From contig MU005993.1 in assembly GCA_010093745.1 (NCBI GenBank), forward strand, positions 1 through 64,000: a stretch of DNA of 64,000 nucleotides. Direction: 5' to 3'. A program made the position numbers and the translations under genes. The notes beneath the pieces are model-generated. The model did not search any database, was not told where the DNA came from, and worked only from the letters and a program-made list of their open reading frames with translations. The number at the start of each line of letters is the position of its first letter. The first letter of the stretch is position 1. The DNA is from Piedraia hortae CBS 480.64. Its lineage: Eukaryota. Below are positions 46,916 to 60,196 of this stretch, piece after piece.

Positions 46916-47829
46916 TTCGCACACAATGCAAATATGCATGTAGGATTCGATGCCGTTATCTGGCTACGCATTCCAATTTCGGGCTGAGGCAAGCTCGTGC
47001 CAAATGGTGAAGGAAAATGGAGGGGTGCCTCTTGAGTCAATGCCTATAGGTGTTCTCAACTGGCGAGTGAAACCGGCAGCAGAAGCGTCTCTACATAAAG
47101 AAGAGTGGCTTCGAGACATTGGAGACCACTAGCAACTTGGCTCCAGAGGCCTTGACCGTGCGTGGACAGAACGCATGACTGCACCGGCGGAAAACCACAC
47201 ATACGCCATCTGAATCCTTGTGGTCCCTTCCGTCAGGTGGTTCGTCCACCCGGTAGTGTGGGGCACTTTGCCATCGCACAAAAACTGCAATCCCCGATTC
47301 CTCCTCAGTGGGAGCATCCTTCCTGGGACCAGAACACCTGGCAGCCGTGAGTGTCGGTGCCCGCCTTCCAAAACCCATACGACAGTCTGGCTGGAGTCAT
47401 AAAGTTCGAAGTGGCGCACGTAGAGAAAAATGTGAAGATAGAGCACGCAACCGGGCTGCTCAAAATTGAATTTCCCTCGCTTCGCGGGTTGTCTATGGCT
47501 ATTCAATCAAATAAAGAGCACAAGGCCTGTTGCAAGTGGATAACGGCTTGCATCGTCCTGCAGCCATGAAGGATGATTAACACCCCTTTAGACCTGATCT
47601 CGAAGCTTACAGAAGTGCACCGCGACCATATCACCAAGCCTCTTTGGATGGTGAAAGCATTCTCCCGCAAGACTCAATGGTAGCGTCAAACGCAACCGAG
47701 CCAAAGCAGAAGTCTGAGTGCGGTAAACAACTCAGAGAAGGCACCAACACAAAGCACTGTGATGCTTTCAGCTGGTCACCCTTCGCATAATGAGCAGAAG
47801 GAACCATGACAAACCAGTGGCTTCAAGGG

Positions 47830-47985
47830 ATGAAGTCTACGTAGAATAACCCACGGGGCATGGAGCCAAGTCAATGAAGTGTGCAAGCTGAACCAGGCCG
47901 TATACGGCCTGAAACAGGCGCCGAGGATCTGGTATAAGCACCTTACGATTTACCTCAGGAAACTAGGCTTTGAACCTCTTGGGGC
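47830..47985 (+). mobile_element. Ty1/copia RT fragment
   Basis: CKLNQAVYGLKQAPRIWYKHL...LGFEP. Confidence 0.75.
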
Positions 47986-48499
47986 TATTCAGGCGAACAA
48001 CATATGGTCCATCTCCGACACAATCGGGACCGCGATTGGGATAATCGGCTTGGTATCTGGTGTACCACAGTGATGCCTCGAAATGTCCGTTCCTATTCTT
48101 CTCTTGGGGTCCCCCAGATCGGTTATGGGACGTTGAAAATCTAAAGAACCTTCTAAATGCCATGACAGGGAAGGTCTATGACACATTCATCGGCATGGAG
48201 ACGTATCGCCCGATGCAGAAAAGCCTTATGTTGCAAAAGTTCTGGGAACTTGGTGTATTAACTTCCTGTATCAGCCACCCTCCAGCCCATATTCTATGAA
48301 AGTACCACCGTTTGTCCGTAAGGATACAGGTGTTCCCTGGGGTTGCCCATTGTGGGGATGAAGCGGATGTAATGTGAGACATAAGACCCTTCCATTCAGC
48401 ATACGGCAAGACCGCCTCTTCACACGGCTCAGATCTCACAAAATTCAAGCATCATGCAGCGCAGCATCTACCCAAAGATGCGGGAATGCTTCCCTCTCA

Positions 48500-48720
48500 T
48501 TGGCCCTGGAACCACAAAATCGCGTCGATTCCTGGAAGAAAAAGAGCCATACGAGGAAAATGTCCGTTCTCGCCAAGTGAGCTCCAATGTAACAAGAAGT
48601 GGGTCGATGACATGCTCTTAAAGGGCTTTATCTTACGCTCGACGTCTCCAGTAACAGCACCGCTCTTTTCAGCGACAAACCCAGGAGGTGTACACATCTG
48701 CCACGCTTACTGCCTATGCA
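48500..48720 (+). mobile_element. Ty3/gypsy RT N-terminal fragment
   Basis: PFSPSELQCNKKWVDDMLLKGFILRSTSPVTAPLF...PGG. Confidence 0.65.
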
Positions 48721-48878
48721 ATGCTACACTGAATTGTTATCTCACACTCGAGATCAACGACGTCGCTTTCAGCTGTATGTTCATGTTGAGTGAATTTTGA
48801 AAAACATGTGATGGTGATTAAAAGATTTTCCAATTACAAATACTGTAGTTCAGTGGATACTACTTTTCCACCAGACGA

Positions 48879-49045
48879 CCTGATCAGGTTGCCAATTGGT
48901 TTACGCGCTTACCGAAAATGGAATATCATCTGGTAAACTCTGACGATGGCAGCCTGATCAGGTACCTACCTGATCACAAACTAGGAAGTTTGACATGGAA
49001 GTATCTGCAACCTGAGCGCTAACCTCGATTGACAACCTGATCAGG
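48879..49045. repeat. Cluster of the palindrome CCTGATCAGG
   Basis: Full copies at 48879, 48953 and 49036; partial CCTGATCA at 48969. Confidence 0.75.
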
Positions 49046-49381
49046 CAGTCTGACGGCAAAGTAGCCCGAATGTCACAACGGTATTGGACGGAAATAGCAA
49101 CATGGCGGGAAACAGAAAAAGAAAAACGGACAGGGATCGGGCATGCATGTATTAGTGCAGGCACTACGTACATATTATGCATATACTTATGCAGGTACAT
49201 GGATTTAAATTGAACGAAACCCGAAGAGCTCAACGTTTGCGCAACCTTATCTCTTTCCTTGTCGCAACCAACATCGTACGTACAGGTTGGGGAGAGAGGA
49301 TTCTGGAGGATGTTGGAGCGTAACGGACGCGTGTTCTTGAAAGTACATATTAGCATTACATAATTATCCCATTGCACCAGC

Positions 49382-51227
49382 TTATATCCCATCATCAATC
49401 TGTGGAACGACATCATACTGTCCCCAAGACCACCAGTCTCTGCAGGTCTGAGAGGCGGTGGAAGGGATAGATTTTAGGTCACCCGGCCTCTCGAGGACGT
49501 TCCATGCGAGACCTGCGGACAAGTGCCACGCAATGTGGCAGTGAAGAGGCCACAGACCCGGATTGTCCTGAGTCCACTGTACGGCGATGAAGTTTCCGGG
49601 AAGCAGCATCTGGACGTCACGACGTTGGGGGTTCGACGGGCGGGTGATTGTTCCGTCCCAGCACGACGTGTTTCCGCTGCAGGCACCTTCAGCAAGAACG
49701 AACATGTTGTGGCCGTGCAAGTGCATGGGATGAGGCTGAGCGCCGCGATTCTCGAGGACGAAGAGCACAGAGTTATTATTGCCGTAGTTGTGCACATTGC
49801 GGTCTGAGGGAAAGTCGAGGTTGTTGAGCGACGCTTCAAGGAGCATTGGGTCATTGTAATTCACCCTGAATGTGCGGCCGGCAGTGTACCAGAGGAGATT
49901 TGTGCCGTTGGAGCGGAATTCGAGAGGAATGACTTGACTAAAAGATGGGCTTGGCGGGCTCAGGGCGTAGAGAGGTTCAGTGCGCGAAAGATCGTCGTTG
50001 CCGCAGTAGCTGTTGTACGCGTTGGGACCCGGCTGCGTGTCGGGATCGGAGAAGGCTTCTTCGTAGTAAATGGCTGCCTTGACTTCGTTGCCACCGTTGG
50101 AAGGCCAGCACCCCGGCGGCTTGAATGCACGCATCCAGACGGCGTCAGTGGATTCGCCGGTTGCCTGCACGAGAACGTCGGTACGTTGACCTGCTGCAAG
50201 GGTTATAACGTCCGTCTCGTAGGGTTCAATTTCAACATAATCGTTGGCAATGACAGTGAATTTGTGGTTGTCAATGGTGATCTTTTCAACCGCAGAAGCA
50301 GAAGGGTTGATGAAGCGCATGCGATAAGTTTGACCGCTGGTGAATTGGAAATAGGACAGCGGCATATCAGAATAACACTCCAAATCAGTCGTGGAACAAT
50401 CGAAGGAGTTCTTGCCATTGATCTTGCTGGTCAGTTGAATCATCACAAAACAGAGATGATACGTACCAAATTGTTGTCCGACTTGGGGATGTTGACGGCA
50501 GGAAGAGGCGCCAAGAGATCTTCCACAATGTCTTCGTAATACTTGTGATGCCAATCGCTAACCATGATCGGCCCCAGATCCTCATCATAGTTAGAGTTTG
50601 TTGGTCCATAGATGATCATTGGCCCGTAGAGACCACTGGCATACTGCGCAGAGTAATGGCTGTGCCACCATGACGTTCCATACAAATCAGCCTGGAATCG
50701 ATACGTGTAAGTGCTTCCCGGTGCAATGGGACATTGACCATAGCCGGGCAACCCGTCTTGATAGGGAGTACCCTTTTGGAGCATGCCATGCCTGGAAAGT
50801 AAGCAACTGGGTAGGACAATCAAGATGAGACTTACCAATGGATAGAAGTGCCCTCGTCCTCTATGTAGTTGGTGACCGTAATCTCGAACCAATCACCCCA
50901 GTTGGCTTCGATAGTGGGTCCTGGGTACTGTCCGTTGACAAGAAGACATGTTTTGACGACCCCATCGGGGGCACAGTCTTCCTTGGTAACGTCAAAGTTA
51001 TAATAACGCGTCACGCCAGTGTTGGGCGTCTCCACATAGTAATTTGTGCTCTGAGCTGTTCGAAGACCCCAAGGCTTGCCCTGTGGGAGAGGGTTATTGG
51101 TAAGGTAACCGGGGAGCTTAGGTGCGTTGTTCGTTCCAAGAGAAGAGGAAGAGTTTTTGACGGTAGAAAGAATGGACGTATTGGAGGCCAAGGCCGCTGC
51201 CGTAGCAAATCTCTTTACAGCCACCAT
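49382..51227 (-). CDS. Laccase / multicopper oxidase (AA1); introns 50782-50835 and 50423-50466
   Basis: Copper motifs HWHG (intron-split), WWHSH, HPMHLHGH and HCHIAWH..GL. Ascomycete-laccase-type C-terminus DDGI. Confidence 0.95.
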
Positions 51228-52087
51228 TACTGAGACCTAACGAGTGAAAAGAACGACGGAGCGATAAAGGAAAGATGAGCAAGGGACGGCCGGCCTTTTT
51301 GAAAAGGCCGCGTCAGATTAGAATCAACATGCACCGGTCAAGTTCCTGCCAGGGCCGGCAGTTACGCTTTAGGCCCGCAGTTAAAGTGTAGCTCAACGGT
51401 CCGCACTTGGACCGGGCAAAAATCTCCGAGTGGACGCTTTGAGCAACCTGACCCCCGTTGCTACATTCACCGCCATTCTTCTTTTTCTCCCAAAAGCTGC
51501 AGAATAGAGGGAAAAAATAGATGCTGTTGTATGCGATCGGGTGGGTGCCCTGATTATGGTGCCGGGATATTCAACCCTGGTAGATCATCCAGGGAACCGT
51601 AGCTGACAAAGCACGGACCAACTGTGGCACTGCAGCTGCCTTTCCGGTTAATAACGGTCAGATTGTGTTCGCGTGGTATACCGGTAGGCTTGGCATCCCG
51701 GCTGGCTTGCCAGGTTAATCTCCGTCAACCAACTTTATACTCGAATTTGCCTTGCGGGCCGTCATGGGCTCAGCATCTGTCACCTTGCTCTTCCCACCTC
51801 CAGTACTGCAAGTTTTGTTGATACAGGAGGGATTCCATCGTTCTACAGAGGCTCTCATTTTGCGTACGTAAATGATGTGGACGGTAACAGCAATATACAC
51901 GGGCCGCCTGCGCCGCCTGTAGCGTTGACACCAACGGCTACCGGCAAACCTTCTAATGATTTCATCTCGTTAGTTCAGTGTCATCGAACGATGCAACCGA
52001 ATGCGGTCGGTGACAGGTGCAAAGATGGGTGGGTGATGGTTGGTGCTTGGCGCGGAGGTTTATTCCGACCCCAACGTCAGCAATAAC

Positions 52088-53107
52088 ATGGATCAAGGCA
52101 GTGACAGAAGTTCGAGCCTCCAGCGGCAGCCGAGTGATTCGCTGTTGCCGCATTGGCAGCCAGACTGCGAGGTCAGTAATTGTCCCGTTTGTGGCTCAGC
52201 ATTTGGTTTCTTCACGCGGCGCCACCACTGTCGCAAGTGTGGACGGGTAGTGTGCAGTGCATGTTCTCCGCACCGCATAACAATTCCACGTCAATTTATA
52301 GCGAAGCCTCCGCTTCCGCACAGGCTGCAGAGGCTTGAAAGATGCGAAAGCCCAGCATCAAGGGCTCTTGGCGGCGGGGAGGTTGTGCGTGTCTGCAACC
52401 CCTGTGTACCTGACCCTTGGACTCCAGAACATACTTTACAGGAACGTGAAGGCAGTCCCAGCTCACCTCAAACTGAAGAGGAACTACTGCCTCGACACTT
52501 ACCCACGCCCATGGTAGACAACATTCTGGTTCGCGGCAACTTTGCTGTGCAAATACCACCCCTGCTACCGTCTAATAGAGCTAGAAGCCGTCACCGGTCT
52601 AGCTACAGCATGGATTGGGCATCTGCGCCCATGCTTAGAAACAGAGTCTTCCGGCCATCTGCACCACTCCATCCACCCCCTCACCAGAGGGTGTTGCGAG
52701 AGGAAGACGAGTGTCCCGTCTGTGGCTGCGAACTCCCAGCTGGGAATAGTGTACGTGAAGAGCACATCCAGAGATGCATCTCTAAGCGGTTCGCCTCATC
52801 TCACCACGTGGACCATCATCCAGCTCCACCATCAGCACCGTCGTTCCCGCCAACCGTTCGTAGTCGGGCGAGAACCACAAGCTCTTTCCTCTCCCGAGGC
52901 ATGGCTGTATACAGAGCAACCGAAAAAGATTGTTCTGATGCCAACGGCAATCAACAAGAGTGTGTCATTTGCTTTGATGAATTCCAGCCTGGCGATGAAC
53001 TTGGGCGGATGGAATGTCTATGCAAGTTTCACCGACTATGCATCCGTGAATGGTGGTACAGGAAGGGTGCGGGAAGTTGTCCGACACACCAACTACAGGA
53101 AAACTAA
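52088..53107 (+). CDS. FYVE plus RING-H2 protein (Pib1-like E3 ligase)
   Basis: FYVE: WQPD..C..C and RRHHCRKCG. C-terminal RING: CVICFDE...CLCKFHRLC...CPTH. Confidence 0.9.
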   Translation: MDQGSDRSSSLQRQPSDSLLPHWQPDCEVSNCPVCGSAFGFFTRRHHCRKCGRVVCSACSPHRITIPRQFIAKPPLPHRLQRLERCESPASRALGGGEVVRVCNPCVPDPWTPEHTLQEREGSPSSPQTEEELLPRHLPTPMVDNILVRGNFAVQIPPLLPSNRARSRHRSSYSMDWASAPMLRNRVFRPSAPLHPPPHQRVLREEDECPVCGCELPAGNSVREEHIQRCISKRFASSHHVDHHPAPPSAPSFPPTVRSRARTTSSFLSRGMAVYRATEKDCSDANGNQQECVICFDEFQPGDELGRMECLCKFHRLCIREWWYRKGAGSCPTHQLQEN

Positions 53108-53323
53108 TTGCTTGCCTATAAACCTTGCGGGATGGATTGGTGAGAGCCGCTATGGTCCTAACCCTAGACAAACACCCGCTGCCTAAAAATAGATCTAAAT
53201 AGAAGCTGCAGCTGCAGCACGGGCCCGATGTTTCTGGAAGACTCGAGAAAGTGACGGGTGAACTGTCTCGCCTCGCTGGTTCGCTGCTCCTACGTTTACC
53301 AACCCTTCCAACAAGAAGCAACC

Positions 53324-55146
53324 ATGGCTGAAGAACTGAAAGCAGAGGGCAACAAACTTTTTGCGGCCAAAGACTATACCGGCGCTGTGTATGTTTCCCT
53401 GGCGTCTAAACATGGATGACAGCTGCTGACCAAACCCAGAGAAAAGTTTGGTCAGGCTATCAAAGCAGATCCCACCAACCACGTTTTGTATTCCAATCGC
53501 TCTGGTGCCTACGCTGCGCTCAAGCAGTTTGACAAGGCGCTCGAAGATGCGAACAAGACCACGGAGATCAAGCCCGACTGGGCCAAGGGGTGGAGTCGCA
53601 AAGGCGCCGCGCTTCATGGCCAAGGAAATCTTTTGGGTGCCATTGATGCGTACGATGAAGCGCTGAAGCTGGAGCCTTCCAATGCACAGGCCAAGTCTGG
53701 CTACGAAGCAGTCGAACGGGCTATTTCCGCAGACGCCGGACAGCAACACCTTCCCGGGCAGTCTCCTAACCCCTTTGCTGACCCAAAGATGTTTGAGAAG
53801 CTTGCGGCGAACCCAAAGACTAGCGCACTGCTAGCCGATCCTGCCTTCATGGCCAAGTTAACGCAGTTGCGAGATAATCCCAAAGGAATGCACCAGGACA
53901 TTCTCTCGGACCCGAGGATGCTACAGGTTTTGGGCGCCCTTATAGGCGTTGACATGCACATGGGAGGTCCTGGTGACATCCCGAAGCCACAGGGCGATGT
54001 GGAAATGACCGATGCAAAGCCTGCCGAGCAGGAAAAGAAGAAAGAACCTGAGCCCGAACCTGAGCCTGAGCCGGAACCGGAACCTGAAACCGAAGAGCAA
54101 ATCGCGGCGAAAAAGGCAAAGGAGGAAGCCGATCAGGAAAAGACCCAAGGTACAGCATACTACAAGAAACGGCAGTTTGATGAAGCCATTGCACACTACA
54201 CCAAGGCGTGGGAGCTGCACAAAGACATGACGTACCTGACGAATCGCTCAGCTGCCCATTTTGAAAAGGGTGACTACGAAGCATGCATCAAGGACTGTGA
54301 ACAAGCCACAGAGTACGGCCGCGAGGTTATGGCCGATTTTAAACTTGTTGCCAAGGCATTTGGCCGTATGGGTTCGGCGTACGAGAAGATGGGGGACATG
54401 ACGAATGCTATCGAGTACTATCAGCGAAGTCTAATGGAACACCGCACGCCCGAGGTACTTGCCAAGCTGCGCGCGGCGGAGAAAGCGAAGATCAAGGCGG
54501 AGAAAGACGCCTACATTGACCCAGAAAAGGCTGAGCAGGCACGTGAGCTGGGCAATCAGAAATTCAAGGAGTCGGACTGGCCAGCTGCGGTAGAGGCATA
54601 TACGGAGATGATCAAGCGCGCGCCCGAAGATGCCCGTGGATACTCCAACCGCGCTGCCTGCCTCATCAAGCTCCTCACCTTTCCTGGAGCTGTGCAAGAC
54701 TGCGATGAGGCCCTGAAGAGGGATCCTTCGTTTATTCGCGCTTACCTTCGTAAAGCCCAGGCCCTCTGTGCCATGAAAGAATATAATCGCTGCGTTGACG
54801 TCTGTAGTGAAGCCATGGAACATGATAAGGACGGCAAGAATGCGCGCGAAATAGACCAGCAGATCCAAAAGGCGCTGTCGGCCCAAATGGAAGCACATCA
54901 GAACGAGACGGAAGAACAGGCACAGCAACGCATCCAGAACGACCCGGAAATCATGGCGATTTTGCAGGATCCAGTCATGCAATCCATTCTGCAGCAAGCC
55001 AAGGGGAACCCTGCCGCCTTGCAGGAACACATGAAGAATTCGGCCATCCGGAGCAAGATTCAGAAACTCATCGCATCAGGTAAGCTCTTTTGCCTGTCTG
55101 TTGACTGTTGCTAACAATCGTAGGCGTGATTCGACTGGGACGTTAA
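53324..55146 (+). CDS. STI1: Hsp70/Hsp90 co-chaperone Sti1/Hop (2 introns)
   Basis: Three TPR clusters (YSNRSGAY, YSNRAAC) and two DP domains; ends ASGVIRLGR. Confidence 0.95.
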
Positions 55147-55293
55147 GATAGCACAACTGTGTACTGTAGTAAAATGTCGATACCAAAACTTTAAAGAATT
55201 CCAATTTGATCCAAATCGTCAATGATGAGCTCTACATGTTAGGACCGAGTGTCGTCTGTCGTGCGGAAGGTTCCGCACGGGATGGCTTGGCAG

Positions 55294-55295
<2 letters not shown>

Positions 55296-55327
<32 letters not shown>
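55296..55327. repeat. (CA)n microsatellite immediately before the FolB-like start codon
   Basis: About 16 CA units. Confidence 0.9.
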
Positions 55328-55328
<1 letters not shown>

Positions 55329-55329
<1 letters not shown>

Positions 55330-56078
55330 TGACAACCGAGATGGAGCAGAGTCCAACTTCGTGTGCTGACAAGATCTGCATAAAACAGCTTCAGCTCCTT
55401 GAAGGCGTCATTGCGTCCGATGTTTGGACCCGGTCTGCCAGACTGCAGCCAGCACAAGTATCCCTAGAAATCACTCTACGGGAACATTCCTCTTCTGTCG
55501 CCAAAACCGACACTCTAGATGACTCCACAGTCAACTACGGCTCGTTGGCCAAGCAGATAAGAGCCCTCTCATCAGCGAAGCCGCTTGATATGCTGACGCA
55601 GATTGAGAGCCTTGCAGTGGGAGCCAATGTTGCCAAGGTGGAGATAAACCTCTCCCTTCCACAGGGTTCCATGAATGGAGAGGGTGTCGTCATCGGCTGC
55701 AGAACGATGTCTAATGAAAAGAGCTCGAGGTCATTGGTCTGCAAACTTTGTAATGTAAAAGTCATGTGTATCATCGGGATTCACGCCCACGAGAGGAAAA
55801 AGAAACAGCCTCTCATCGTGACCTGCTCGGTTTGGCTAGACAATAGGCCGGAGTCGACTAGCTGGGCGGAGAATTGGACGCTTATCGAGGACACACTTGT
55901 CAAGATTATGGAAGTGTCGGAGTCACAGACGCTAGAGGCTTTGGCTCACTTGACTGCTGCGCAGATCTCTAGCTTTGTGGGGTCAAACAACACCGTGAGG
56001 TTGAGATTGGAGAAGCCGCGAGCGGTGCCATTCGCCGCCGCGTCGGCTGTGGAAGTTGTACAACGATCTTGTGTCTGA
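55329..56078 (+). CDS. Dihydroneopterin aldolase-like protein (tandem FolB domains)
   Basis: DKICIKQL, STVNYGSLAK, IIGIHAHERKKKQPL, TLEALA and LEKPRA motifs. Confidence 0.82.
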
Positions 56079-56551
56079 AACTGAAGCCTTAAGGCGTTGA
56101 AATACGATGGAGAGAAGACTATCGGACTGCTAACTGTCCCGATTATCAGGAGTGGATACGATGCACGTTATCAGCGGGCCAGGACTTTCGTGGTGCATGA
56201 TCGACAGGGATGTCACAGGAAAGCTACGGTTAATCGACAGCACGGAATTCAGGAAAAATGGCCCAATGGCGAGCCTGTGTAATTTCCGAACGAGAAGAGC
56301 TCGGCTCCTTCCGAACAGCGTGTCTGGTCCGCCAGCCCGCTGCCGAACAACCACGAGCGAATGGCATGATCAGTGTTGGGGGTGTGGCGGAGAGGGGCAG
56401 CACGGAAGGTGGACAACGTCAGATTGCAACCGGCAGCAATTTCAGCCAGCGTCATCGGCCCAGGGTCTGCATTAGCGTCACCCCCACTTTGCTCCCTGTT
56501 TTCTCCTGATCGTGACCTCGACCTTTCCACCTCTTCCTAACATTCTTCATC

Positions 56552-58170
56552 ATGGCTACCAAATCTTCTCTCCCGACCCACCTCTCCAGCGGCGAGGCTG
56601 GTCGCCATCATGGCAAAACGCAATCGCACATGGTATGTAGTGTTCAGATTCCTTGCTAAGCTCAGAGCAGAATATTTTGCCGCAATTCATTAGCTGACAG
56701 CTCCAGGCGTTTGAGAACACTTCCACCTCGGTGGCGGCGTCGCAAATGCGCAATGCGCTGAATCAGCTTGCTGATACGGTCAAGGACCCCAAGGCCAAGC
56801 AGCGGTTCGAGACGGAGATGGACAATTTCTTTGCCCTGTTCCGCCGCTACCTCAATGACAAGGCCAAGGGCAACGAGATTGAGTGGTCCAAGATCGCTCC
56901 GCCCAAGCCCGAGCAGGTGGTAGACTATGCGAAACTCGGCAACAACGAGTCTGTTGAGTTCTTGAACAAGCTGGCCGTTCTGAAGCTGAACGGCGGCCTG
57001 GGTACGTCGATGGGATGCGTTGGCCCCAAGTCTGTCATTGAGGTACGCGACGGCATGTCGTTCCTGGACCTCTCGGTGCGCCAGATTGAGTATCTGAACC
57101 GCACCTACAATGTCAGCGTCCCGTTTGTGCTTATGAACTCGTTCAACACGGATGCCGATACGGCCAGTATCATCAAGAAGTACGAGGGCCACAACATTGA
57201 CATCATGACGTTCAATCAGTCCAAGTACCCTCGTATCCTCAAGGACTCGCTTCTTCCCGTGCCCAAGTCGGCCGACTCCCAGATCTCGGACTGGTACCCT
57301 CCCGGCCACGGTGACGTCTTTGAGTCGCTGTACAACTCGGGAATCCTCGACAAGCTGCTCGATCGCGGCATCGAAATTCTCTTCTTGTCCAACGCGGACA
57401 ATCTCGGTGCCGTTGTCGACCTCAACATCCTGCAGCACATGGTCGAGTCTCGCGCCGAGTACATTATGGAGCTCACCGACAAGACCAAGGCTGATGTCAA
57501 GGGTGGCACCATCATCGACTACGAGGGCCAGGCGCGTCTTCTCGAAATCGCGCAGGTGCCCAAGCAGTACGTCAACGAGTTCAAGTCGATCAAGAAGTTC
57601 AAGTACTTTAACACGAACAACATCTGGATGAACTTGCGCGCTGTGAAACGAGTTGTCGAGAACAATGAGCTCTCCATGGAGATCATTCCCAACGGTAAGG
57701 TCATTCCCGCTGACCGCAAGGGAGAGGCAGATCTACACATCATTCAGCTGGAAACTGCTGTTGGTGCGGCTATCCGTCACTTTAAGAATGCGCACGGTGT
57801 CAATGTGCCGCGTCGTCGCTTCTTGCCGGTCAAGACGTGCTCTGACCTGCTCCTCGTTAAGTCTGACCTTTACACGCTGAGCCACGGCGAACTTCTCCAA
57901 GATCCGAATCGCTTCGGGCCTGCGCCGCTCATCAAGCTGGGAAGCGATTTCAAGAAGGTGTCTGACTTTCAAAGCCGCATCCCGTCAATCCCCAAGATCC
58001 TCGAATGCGACCACCTTACCATCACCGGCAAGGTAAACCTCGGGCGCGGCGTTGTGTTCAAGGGCACGGTGATTATTGTCGCCAATGAGGGCAGCACCAT
58101 CGACATTCCACCAGGCTCGATTCTGGAAAATGTGGTTGTGCAGGGAAGCCTGCGGTTGCTTGAGCACTAA
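56552..58170 (+). CDS. UGP1: UTP-glucose-1-phosphate uridylyltransferase (intron 56633-56706)
   Basis: [35 protein letters not shown] and [10 protein letters not shown] motifs. Confidence 0.97.
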
Positions 58171-58809
58171 GCCTAATCGTTAGCGAGGCTTGGCGTCATC
58201 GAGGGTTTTAACGGCATCGGTGGCGTCGGTCTGTTTCATGCAGTACATAGACTGGTGTAGAGTACGTCTGTCGATCCATCCAGTTCCGGTGCATCTTGTG
58301 TTTCGGCAAGTCGCGTGAGTTTGATGCCAATGCTATTGAGATCCTGATCACCATAGGCATGTCTCACAGTCGTTCATGATCGATATGTCGTCAGTCTGAC
58401 AATTCCAATAGAGCCTTTACCGTCGACCACTGCCGCCTCTTCTCCAACCTGAAACTGCCACGGCCGGGATACCTTTTATTGACCTTTGGTTCAGGAGCCG
58501 TGATCCACTACGGAAGAGCTTACTCGTGCATGATGAGCACGTCTCTTGTTCTTTCAACCCGTTTGGTATCTGAAGAGACCACAAAATAACGACCGTTGTC
58601 TTTGCGCAGCTACACTTAACGTCTTGGCAGGCCATTTTGTTTAGCAACGAAGTGCTGAGCCAACATCATATGAACATTTACGCGATTGACTTTCCTTCCA
58701 AGCTTCCAATGGAGCGGTACAGCAGGGGATGATGACGTGAGATGGGTACAAAATGACCCAACCGAGTTTCCTCTCTCTCTCCCTTCTTCTCTCTCTGAGC
58801 CCCATTCCG

Positions 58810-60196
58810 ATGGCGTTAAACACCTATATCCTGCTGGATCGTGGCAATCAGAGCAGCTACAACAGTCACACACCCTTGGAGGGCAAAGTAGTGGTCAATC
58901 TTCCCACAAAAACGGCTCTGAAGTCCGTCTTCGTCTCCCTCTTTGGCGTCACCTTCAACCCCAAAGCCATCAAACGAGATCGACATGTATTCCTCTCTGA
59001 ACACGACGAAGTCTTACCCAAGGAGCGGGAACACGAACCCCTGCAACCGGGACGACACGAGTTCCCCTTCCAGTTCACCTTCCCCGTCCACACAAAATGC
59101 AGCTGCGGCGGACGACGCAGCAAAGTACCACAACGGCTCCCACCCTCCTTATTCATCTCCAACTCCTGCATCAAAAACAGCTACTTCGTCCAAGCAACCG
59201 TAACCACCCGCCACAAGAAACGCTACGACTCCTCAGCCGGTTTCCTCTTTTACCCAGCCAACGCACCGCATACCCCCTCCCTAATGGACGACAGCAAGCA
59301 CTACACCTTCAAGTCCATCCCCCAAACCCCCGAGGAACTCACCCTCACAAGCCCACCACATTCCACCTCCGACCCCTTCTGGCAACCCAACATCACCGTC
59401 ACAGGCCACCTCCCCTCCAGTGTCCTCACAGTCGGCAAACCAATCCCCCTAAGCATCACCATCCGCAAAAACTCCATCTGGCCCGCAAAGCAGGACATCT
59501 ACCTCACATCCCTCCACGTCCGGCTCGTAAGTAACCTGACCACCACGTCCCGATTCAGCCCCTGGGCGATGCATTCCGATAGCGTAGCATGGTACCATTC
59601 CGCACGAGGCGCAGCGAATCTCCTCGAGAAGGGAATTGTGGTCGCCAGAGGGGGGAGTAGTGTCGGTGAGGTTATTACCCTCGATCCCGCACATTGGAGT
59701 TATTACTCTGTTAGTTCCTCCTGTGGCGCGTCGTTTAAGACTTGTAGTGTGGAGAAGTGGCATTGGTTGGATGTTAAGATGGGGGTTGCGATGGGGGAGG
59801 GGACTAAGGTACGTTTTGTCATCATACCTGGGGGAAGGAGGAGGATCGGGAAGCAATGCGGAGCAGAGCAGAGCAACCCACTTCCCTCCCCCCCCCCCTT
59901 CCCACCCCCACCTCTCCCTCTCCCCCTCCACCAAGTAAACTGACATTTTGCAGAAACAAGAAACCTTCATCCCGATGGTATTTTTCATTACGGTGAATAC
60001 TCCTGTAAAAGGGGACTTGAAGGGTGAGAGGTGGACTACGACTACGACCACGTCGTTGTTTTCGGATGATGAAAAGGCTACTACTACTACTGTTACGGAG
60101 AAGAAGTGGGAGAGTGTTGCTGATGAGGAGAGGGTGGATGAGAAAATGCAGGATGAGGACCCGCCGAGTTATAAGGATGCTGTGGATGAGAAGTAA
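58810..60196 (+). CDS. Alpha-arrestin-like protein (intron 59809-59953)
   Basis: LEGKVVVN, LQPGRHEFPFQFTFP, RLPPSL, and C-terminal PPSY. Confidence 0.8.

Noticed and set aside
45525..51227. Secondary-metabolite cluster (methyltransferase plus laccase)
   Set aside because: No PKS, NRPS or terpene synthase backbone gene in the window.
51385..51440. tRNA-like TGTAGCTCAACGGT upstream of the laccase gene
   Set aside because: No cloverleaf or B-box.
56662..57438. Long antisense ORFs over UGP1 (similarly over STI1, FLC, laccase and tricalbin)
   Set aside because: Typical antisense shadows of codon-biased genes, with no independent motifs.
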